Of a stretch of DNA of 41,087 bases, positions 35,542 through 41,087 are shown piece by piece. The notes beneath the pieces are model-generated. The model did no database searches. It saw only the letters and a program-made list of their open reading frames with translations, and was not told the origin of the DNA. Source of the DNA: Limisphaerales bacterium. Its GTDB lineage: Bacteria > Verrucomicrobiota > Verrucomicrobiia > Limisphaerales > CANJXF01. The translations under genes were made by a program, and so were the position numbers. Positions within the stretch are counted from its first letter, which is position 1. The number at the start of each line of letters is the position of its first letter. Location of the stretch: contig JBKJOA010000066.1 of assembly GCA_046593365.1 (NCBI GenBank), forward strand, positions 1 to 41,087, written 5' to 3'.

Positions 35542-35901
35542 ATGAGAATGGAATTAAGAAAAAGTTTTCAGTTTGAAGCGGCACACCTTTTGCCGCATCT
35601 GCCAGAATCGCACAAATGCCGGCGTCTTCACGGACACAGTTTCACCGCTGAAATTGTGGTCTCTGGAGAATGCGATCCAAGGCTGGGATGGTTAATGGAT
35701 TATGCTGAAATCTCCGCCGCCTTCAAACCGCTCTGGGAAAAACTCGACCATTTTTATCTCAACGAAATTCCCGGCCTGGAAAATCCGACGAGCGAAAACA
35801 TCGCCGTCTGGATTTGGGATCAATTGAAGCCGAAGCTCCCGATGTTAAGTGAAGTGGTGATCGCGGAAACATGCACTGCGCAGTGTGTTTATAGGGGATG
35901 A
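35542..35901 (+). CDS. queD: 6-carboxy-tetrahydropterin synthase / 6-pyruvoyl-tetrahydropterin synthase family (T-fold)
   Basis: 119 aa. [26 protein letters not shown] (Cys...HGH zinc/catalytic motif) and the C-terminal ETCTAQCVY match small bacterial QueD/PTPS. QueD and PTPS cannot be told apart by eye. Confidence 0.8.
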   Translation: MRMELRKSFQFEAAHLLPHLPESHKCRRLHGHSFTAEIVVSGECDPRLGWLMDYAEISAAFKPLWEKLDHFYLNEIPGLENPTSENIAVWIWDQLKPKLPMLSEVVIAETCTAQCVYRG

Positions 35902-35907
35902 AGTTCG

Positions 35908-35942
35908 CAGCCGTGTCTCGCATGAGCACGGGTTGGTTTTTT
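35908..35942 (+). terminator. Rho-independent terminator candidate after queD
   Basis: CCGTG (35911-35915) / CACGG (35927-35931), extendable with one mismatch to AGCCGTG/CACGGGT. It is followed by GTTGGTTTTTT (T-run 35937-35942). Confidence 0.55.
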
Positions 35943-35997
35943 AAATCAACAAATAACTGTCGGCACCGGGAAGAGGTGACATCTTCTAACCAACAGC

Positions 35998-37176
35998 CTA
36001 CCGCGTCCCCATGCCGACACTTTGCACGGTTTGGAAGAGTTTGCCCTCGGTCTTGATGCTGGGAGCGATAATGATTTCGGTTTCTTGAAACTCGCGGATG
36101 CTTGACGCACCAACGTTGCCCATGCAAGTGGTAATGGCCCCGACCAAATTTTGAGAGCCATCGTCAACGGTCGCCGGACCGAAGAGAATTTGTTTAAGCG
36201 AACCAGTCACGCCGACCTTGATGCGTGTGCCGCGAGGGAGATTGGCGTGAGGCGTTGCCATACCCCAGTGATTTCCTTTTCCGGGGGCTTCTTCAGCGCG
36301 GGCAAACGCGCTCCCCACCATGACGGCATCCGAACCGCAGGCCAGAGCTTTGCAGACATCTCCGCCTTTGCTCATCCCACCATCGGTAATGATGGGAATA
36401 TATTTGCCGGTCTTTTTGAAATAAGCATCGCGGGCCGCGGCGCAATCCACCGTGGCGGTGACTTGCGGAACGCCCAGCCCGAGCACACCGCGACTCGTGC
36501 AAGCCGCTCCCGGCCCAACGCCGATCAACACACCAGCGACACCGTTCTTCATCAATTCCAAAGTCACATTGTAAGTCACGGCATTTCCAATGATGACCGG
36601 GATATTTAACATTTTCGTGAACGCCGCGAGGTCAAACGTTTTGTATTGCGTGGAAACATGACGCACGGTCGAGACAGTCGATTGCACGATAAAAATATCC
36701 GCACCGGCTTCTTGCGCAATGCAAGCGAACCGTTCAGCTTTTTGCGGAATGGAACTGACGGCGGCAAGTACACCAGCGGCCTTCAACTCCTGAACGCGCT
36801 TGGCAATTAATTCTTCTTTGATTGGTTCCAGATAGAGCTTTTGAATAAGCGTGGTAACTTCGTCTTTGTTGGCATTGACGACTTTTTCCAAGACGTCGCG
36901 GGGATTCTCATAACGGGTTTGTACTCCTTCGAGATTGATGACGCCCAGACCGCCCAGCTTGCCCATCTCTATGCAGAAACGAACGTCCGTGACGCCGTCC
37001 ATGGCACTGGCGATGATCGGAATGGCAAGTTCAATCGAGCTGCCGTCTTTGCGCGGTATTTTGAAACGAGTATCGACTTCGTTGGGGTTGATGGTCACTT
37101 CGCCCGGGACAAGTGCAATCTCGTCAAATCCATAAGTGACGCGTGCTTTTCGATTTCGGCCAATCCACATTCCCAT
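35998..37176 (-). CDS. IMP dehydrogenase family protein lacking CBS domains (GuaB3-like)
   Basis: 392 aa. The N-terminus is TYGFDEIALVPG, and the active-site-loop-like segment is GVGPGAACTSRGVLGLGVPQ. DGGM..GGDV.KALA.GSDAVMVGS is also present. It is too short to contain the CBS pair of canonical GuaB. Confidence 0.85.
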   Translation of the reverse strand: MGMWIGRNRKARVTYGFDEIALVPGEVTINPNEVDTRFKIPRKDGSSIELAIPIIASAMDGVTDVRFCIEMGKLGGLGVINLEGVQTRYENPRDVLEKVVNANKDEVTTLIQKLYLEPIKEELIAKRVQELKAAGVLAAVSSIPQKAERFACIAQEAGADIFIVQSTVSTVRHVSTQYKTFDLAAFTKMLNIPVIIGNAVTYNVTLELMKNGVAGVLIGVGPGAACTSRGVLGLGVPQVTATVDCAAARDAYFKKTGKYIPIITDGGMSKGGDVCKALACGSDAVMVGSAFARAEEAPGKGNHWGMATPHANLPRGTRIKVGVTGSLKQILFGPATVDDGSQNLVGAITTCMGNVGASSIREFQETEIIIAPSIKTEGKLFQTVQSVGMGTR

Positions 37177-37236
37177 ACAAAATAATCAGTTAACGTTGTT
37201 TTGGTTTTGGTGCAAATGAAACGCAAAAACGCTTCA

Positions 37237-37461
37237 TCAAAATTCAATCGCCTCGTTCAACGTCCCGCATTGCGAACAGCGGGAGCGGTCAACATCCGCA
37301 TCGTCCGTGTAAACAAAGGAACATTTCTCGCAACGGAACACATGATCCTCACTCGCTGACGGTCGAAAACGGCGGCTCCGTAACTCGGAATATATGGCCG
37401 CAAAACAAAGAGCCGCAAGTAAAGAAACGACGTAAACAAATAAAAGCAAATCAGCAGGCAT
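37237..37461 (-). CDS. Small membrane-anchored zinc-ribbon protein
   Basis: 74 aa with an N-terminal TM helix (LLLFVYVVSLLAALCFAAIY) followed by CEKCSFVYTDDADVDRSRCSQCG (CxxC-x17-CxxC). It starts 6 nt after the TonB-like stop. No clear Shine-Dalgarno was seen. Confidence 0.45.
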   Translation of the reverse strand: MPADLLLFVYVVSLLAALCFAAIYSELRSRRFRPSASEDHVFRCEKCSFVYTDDADVDRSRCSQCGTLNEAIEF

Positions 37462-37467
37462 AAGAGT

Positions 37468-38253
37468 CTAGGGCTGTGCTGCTTTCGGAACGTCATTGGT
37501 TCCGCTCACTGGAACGGTATGCCATTTGAAAATCAATTTGCCCGAGGAGAGGCCACCTGTCCGCACTGGCAAAAAAGGCAGGCGTCGCGCGATCTCCATG
37601 GCAGAACGGTCGGCCTCGGACGATCCCGACTTCGCCAATAATAGCGCCAAAATGACCAATCCATCTTGATCCACCGTAACTTGCGCAACGGTGTTGCTCA
37701 GAATTTCATTTATCGTCCACGATTTAAGTTGTGGAAGAGTTGACAACCGCGTCGCCAGACTCTCTTCGATGTGAAATTGCGAATTGCTTCTTATCGTTAC
37801 CGTGGGATCAGACAGTTCGGGAATTCGAATCTGCGGTTGTGAATCTCGCTCGAAAGAAATGGGTGCCACGACCGCACTGCGTACAAATTGGCTGATCGCA
37901 ATTCCGAGGTGACCGGAGTTTAAAGAGAGCCAGAACGGCGTTTCACCCTTTTCGGATAACTCGTAACGACGCGGCGTCCGGTTCAACCACGCCGCACCTG
38001 AAAAACCTTGAGGATTTGCCATCGCAAATAAAGTGGGATCGCTGCCTAACACACTTTCCAGGAGTTTTTCCTCACTGCTTTGTCCGGAAACCATTTGAAA
38101 CATGGTTCGCGTCAAAGGAGGCACCGGTGAGGAATAATTTTTTCGCGATGAAAGAAAGTAAATCAACAAAAGTTGAGAGGCAAAAACGAGCAGGAAAAAT
38201 AGCGCCCAACGCTGGAGGCTCCAAATCAGCGGTTGAGGAGGCGCGCTGTTCAT
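37468..38253 (-). CDS. Membrane-anchored protein with a TonB-C-terminal-like domain (atypical TonB candidate)
   Basis: One N-terminal TM helix (WALFFLLVFASQLLLIYFL). The C-terminal VAQVTVDQDGLVILALLLAKSGSSEADRSAMEIARRLPFLP resembles the TonB_C pattern. It occupies the operon position after exbB/exbD with an ATGA overlap. No Pro-rich spacer is present. Confidence 0.5.
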   Translation of the reverse strand: MNSAPPQPLIWSLQRWALFFLLVFASQLLLIYFLSSRKNYSSPVPPLTRTMFQMVSGQSSEEKLLESVLGSDPTLFAMANPQGFSGAAWLNRTPRRYELSEKGETPFWLSLNSGHLGIAISQFVRSAVVAPISFERDSQPQIRIPELSDPTVTIRSNSQFHIEESLATRLSTLPQLKSWTINEILSNTVAQVTVDQDGLVILALLLAKSGSSEADRSAMEIARRLPFLPVRTGGLSSGKLIFKWHTVPVSGTNDVPKAAQP

Positions 38254-38927
38254 CGAAACGTTTTTGCCGCAACCGGTTTGATTTGGAGCGTTGCTTGTTG
38301 GATGCCCGCCTGTTGCGCAATCTGCGCCAGCCGCATGACAAAATCATATTCCACCCCTTTGTCTGCGAGAACAATCAAGGTCAGCGGCAAACGCGATTGC
38401 CTGACCCGTTCGGCCAGGCGCATCTTGAGCTGCTGTTCGCCAATCAATTGATTTTCAAAAAAAAATTGGCCCGCCATGTTGACTGCGACCACGGCCGTTG
38501 CCCCCGCAACTCCAACAAAATTTGCCGCAGGCGGCAATTCAATCGGGGCGCCGAGCACTTCAAACCCAAGGCGTAATCCCCGCGCCATCTCGCGCACCTC
38601 GATCAGCACGTTCCTGGGAGCATCCTTTTCTGCTTCGACGACGAGCGTTGCCGGGAGAGCAAGGTTTTTCAACTCCGCACGCAATTGTTCCATCGAGTTC
38701 GTTTGGTAAATTTGCTTTCCTAAATGAATTTCGCCTTGTGCTTTGATCAGAAGATTTCTTCTAGCAGCCCCGGCATTCGCACTAGCGGAAGAAAGTTGAA
38801 TAGGAACTCCCGGCGTGTAAACCAGCGAGGCGAGCAAAATAAAAATCAGCAACAGAAAAAGCACTCCAGCCAGCGGTGCCAGGTCGATTTGACCGCGAAA
38901 TGGTTTTACGTTGCGAGGAAACCTCAT
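38250..38927 (-). CDS. exbD: ExbD/TolR family protein with a duplicated periplasmic domain
   Basis: The N-terminus is IDLAPLAGVLFLLLIFILLAS (ExbD TM motif). Two consecutive ExbD-like periplasmic units follow: LLIKAQGEIHLGKQ...LPATLVVEAEKDAPRNVLIEVREMARGL, then AVVAVNMAGQFFFENQ...LPLTLIVLADKGVEYDFVMRLAQIAQQAGI. Confidence 0.75.
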   Translation of the reverse strand: MRFPRNVKPFRGQIDLAPLAGVLFLLLIFILLASLVYTPGVPIQLSSASANAGAARRNLLIKAQGEIHLGKQIYQTNSMEQLRAELKNLALPATLVVEAEKDAPRNVLIEVREMARGLRLGFEVLGAPIELPPAANFVGVAGATAVVAVNMAGQFFFENQLIGEQQLKMRLAERVRQSRLPLTLIVLADKGVEYDFVMRLAQIAQQAGIQQATLQIKPVAAKTFR

Positions 38928-39550
38928 GGTGTTCGGGCGGGAGTCGATTCAGTCACGATGTTAAGGATTTCTGTGGAAATATGTTCCATGTCCAGCACGA
39001 TGGAGTTCACGCGGCTCACGAGATAATTGTATCCAGCATAGCTCGGAATCGCGACAGCCAAACCGGCCGCCGTGCAAATCAACGCCTCCCAGACTCCGCG
39101 TGACAATTGCCCCACATGCGCCTGTAAACCGGCATCTTCAATCTGGCCAAAGATGTGAATAAAACCGATCGCCGTTCCCAGCAAACCGATCAGCGGCGCG
39201 ATTTGTGCAATCGTCGCCAGCAGGTTTAGTTTTTCTTCGAGCCTTGGAACTTCCAAAAAACCCGCGTCTTCCAGCGCCTCGCGAACGCCTTCGCGTCCCT
39301 GGTCGCGATGCAGAATTGCGATCTTCACGAGTCTCGGCACCGGGCCGGGCGTCGCGTCGCAAATCGCCAGAGCTTCGACCACATTATCGCGCTTGAGCAC
39401 ATTGCGCACGCCATTGAGGAACTCGGTGGAATTAATCTGGGCGCGGTGATAATGCAGCATTCGTTCGATAAACACCGCGACGGCGACGGCACTGGCGGCC
39501 AGAATCACCCAGATCATCGGCCCACCATCAGCAAGAAAAGGCGGCAACAT
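38924..39550 (-). CDS. exbB: MotA/TolQ/ExbB proton-channel family protein
   Basis: 208 aa with three TM segments and the signature LATIAQIAPLIGLLGTAIGFIHIF. The stop overlaps the exbD start (ATGA). Confidence 0.85.
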   Translation of the reverse strand: MLPPFLADGGPMIWVILAASAVAVAVFIERMLHYHRAQINSTEFLNGVRNVLKRDNVVEALAICDATPGPVPRLVKIAILHRDQGREGVREALEDAGFLEVPRLEEKLNLLATIAQIAPLIGLLGTAIGFIHIFGQIEDAGLQAHVGQLSRGVWEALICTAAGLAVAIPSYAGYNYLVSRVNSIVLDMEHISTEILNIVTESTPARTP

Positions 39551-39676
39551 ATTGGTGTTATAGAGTTTCGAGAGAACGGTTCAAAGTTTAAAGTGTCTTT
39601 GACGCGCGACATAACTGTTGCATTCGTTTGAAAAAATTTTCTACTTTCCCCCACAGAGTTCTGTATTCTGCCGCCC

Positions 39677-40057
39677 ATGGAAAAACCTGATCAACTTCGT
39701 GAACTTTTTCGAATGCAACAGTCGCTCAACCAACGCATCGGCGTGAACACCGAGAGCATGACCGAAGAGGAAAAAACCAAATGGATTTTAAATTATTGCC
39801 GCGCCATGTCGCAGGAAATGGCGGAGTTGACCGACAGCGTTCCGTGGAAATGGTGGGCAAAATATCAAAAGTTCGACGAACAAAACGCCCGGGTTGAAGT
39901 GGTGGATTTATTTCATTTTCTCATCAGCATGGCGCAAGTTTTGGGCATGAGCGCCGACGACGTTTTCAATGCTTACACGAAAAAGAACGAAGTGAATTTT
40001 CAGCGGCAAGAATCAGGTTACGTGAAAAAAGATCACGATGATTCAAAGCATATTTGA
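39677..40057 (+). CDS. All-alpha NTP pyrophosphohydrolase (dimeric dUTPase / MazG-like family)
   Basis: 126 aa. CRAMSQEMAELTDSVPWKWWAKYQKFD...EVVDLFHFLISMA matches the E..E...WKWW ... D..HF pattern of dimeric dUTPase-type enzymes. Confidence 0.6.
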   Translation: MEKPDQLRELFRMQQSLNQRIGVNTESMTEEEKTKWILNYCRAMSQEMAELTDSVPWKWWAKYQKFDEQNARVEVVDLFHFLISMAQVLGMSADDVFNAYTKKNEVNFQRQESGYVKKDHDDSKHI

Positions 40058-40782
40058 AGTTCAAATCAGAAAGCAGTCTTGTGAAAATTGAAGCACTCAA
40101 ACAGCTTTATGGAGCAGAATATCCAGCAGCCGTGATTTGTGAAGGCGTGCGAATGTCGTTGAAACGAGAATCACGTTTTGCGCGCCATTACGATTCTCCA
40201 GATCGAAAAATGGGAACCACAATCTCGCGATTTATGGATGGTTCGGCTTCTCTCACAGCGGAAGAACTTAAGAATGAGTGGCCAAATTGGACGAAGGACG
40301 AGCAAATGGATTTTTGTCAGGAGAGTAGTTGGCTTTATAAGCAGTCTGATTTTCCTGAAATGCTTCGATTTATCATGGCCCACGGCAATCCTGGCAATTG
40401 GTCGGGAATCGCTGTATCCGTGGGTTCGTATTTACCAAAGGATGAGGCATTCGAACTTCTATTACGGGCCTTGCAGGCCACAGATGTGGGAAGCACGGGC
40501 AATATCACGCAGGGAATTGCTCTGACGAAACACCCAATGGCGACAGCCACCCTTCAAAAGCATCTTCAATCTGTTTGGTCGCAGCCAGCCCTTTGGGAGG
40601 ATGACCAGTTTAATAACTGGTTAGCTTTCGACGCTACAACATGCATCGCGCATCTGCTTGAACTCGGCGCTTCGGCTCCCGATTTTGAAGAACACGTTCG
40701 TCAGCTTGCGAAGCACGTTTGCTCTGGTAACCGGAATTCGTGTCGCAACTTCCTTTCAAAGTATTACGAATGGCTCAAATAA
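40054..40782 (+). CDS. Hypothetical protein (predicted helical, no family recognised)
   Basis: A 242-aa ORF whose TTG start overlaps the preceding stop (TTGA). Alternative starts are GTG 40081 and ATG 40153. Its composition looks coding, but I recognised no motif. Confidence 0.5.
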   Translation: MKFKSESSLVKIEALKQLYGAEYPAAVICEGVRMSLKRESRFARHYDSPDRKMGTTISRFMDGSASLTAEELKNEWPNWTKDEQMDFCQESSWLYKQSDFPEMLRFIMAHGNPGNWSGIAVSVGSYLPKDEAFELLLRALQATDVGSTGNITQGIALTKHPMATATLQKHLQSVWSQPALWEDDQFNNWLAFDATTCIAHLLELGASAPDFEEHVRQLAKHVCSGNRNSCRNFLSKYYEWLK

Positions 40783-40922
40783 AGAAACGCACATCCGCTG
40801 TTTTCGCCCGCAGCTTCAATCGCGTTCCCGCCAGTTGGAGCAAAGTGGTCGAAACCATTTTAATCACCTAAGCGGACGTTTCAGCCCTTGCCGCAAATTA
40901 AATCCGTCTTTATTGTCTCTCC

Positions 40923-41087
40923 ATGCAAGCTCACCGCACTGAAACCGTAGTTTCCGAAGATGGCGTTCTCACTTTGCGCGACCTGCCGTTTCGTCGCGGC
41001 GAGTTGGTGGAAGTCATCGTGTTGCCTTTTCCAAGTGCGCCGCCGTCCACGCCTTGCCCGTTGCGCGGCACACCAGTTTCCCTGAAG
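40923..41087 (+). CDS. Partial ORF running off the window, antitoxin-like N-terminus (SpoVT/AbrB or DUF104-like)
   Basis: ATG 40923 translates to MQAHRTETVVSEDGVLTLRDLPFRRGELVEVIVLPFPSAPPSTPCPLRGTPVSLK... The G.L.L.DLPF..GE.VEV pattern recalls small swapped-hairpin antitoxins. The ORF is truncated, so the call is weak. Confidence 0.3.
   Translation, partial: MQAHRTETVVSEDGVLTLRDLPFRRGELVEVIVLPFPSAPPSTPCPLRGTPVSLK

Noticed and set aside
1-41087. Search for tRNA, rRNA, tmRNA, RNase P, CRISPR arrays, IS elements and prophage genes
   Set aside because: No T-loop (GGTTCGAATCC)-type motifs occur in intergenic regions, and there is no GAGGAAAGTCC RNase P core. There are no regularly spaced direct repeats with unique spacers, and no transposase-, integrase- or capsid-like ORFs.

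Overview
This 41-kb chromosomal window looks like a PVC-superphylum genome (Verrucomicrobiota or Planctomycetota type). That call rests on gene content: a PSCyt/DUF1549/DUF1553 protein, two Tat-signal DUF1501 proteins, a DUF1800 protein, an SBBP beta-propeller giant and Ig/LamG-type secreted proteins. I found no rRNA, tRNA, CRISPR array, transposase, integrase or phage genes.

Gene order, left to right:
- Partial large-subunit catalase (+) with its terminator, then FAD oxidoreductase, gatC, a REP-like palindrome, gatA and PPK2 (all +).
- Cytoplasmic multi-PAS histidine kinase and a stand-alone receiver (-).
- PSCyt-DUF1549-discoidin-DUF1553 protein followed by DUF1501 (-), then an M28 peptidase (-).
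- anmK (+).
- A DUF1800 > DUF1501 > small secreted protein operon (-).
- FecR-like secreted protein (+) with a bidirectional terminator.
- A 1038-aa SBBP/cadherin-like giant (-) and a 914-aa secreted multidomain protein (-).
- icd (-).
- A luxE-like > MFS > luxC-like > queD/PTPS operon (+).
- exbB > double-domain exbD > TonB-like > Zn-ribbon membrane protein > guaB3-like IMPDH (-).
- Dimeric-dUTPase-like NTP pyrophosphatase, a 242-aa unknown, and a partial antitoxin-like ORF (+).

Most interesting observations:
1. A non-luminous LuxE/LuxC fatty-acid-reductase pair brackets, and is translationally coupled to, an MFS transporter.
2. A ~70-aa module ending in (R/Q)FY(R/Q) recurs seven times in four secreted proteins, including a near-identical 222-bp tandem duplication.
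3. Two different DUF1501-centred, tightly coupled secreted pairs of unknown function lie in one window.
4. An ExbD has one TM helix and two periplasmic domains.
5. A dispersed palindromic element is built from 10-nt-phased CACGAA hexamers.

All product calls come from motif recognition by eye. No database search was run.
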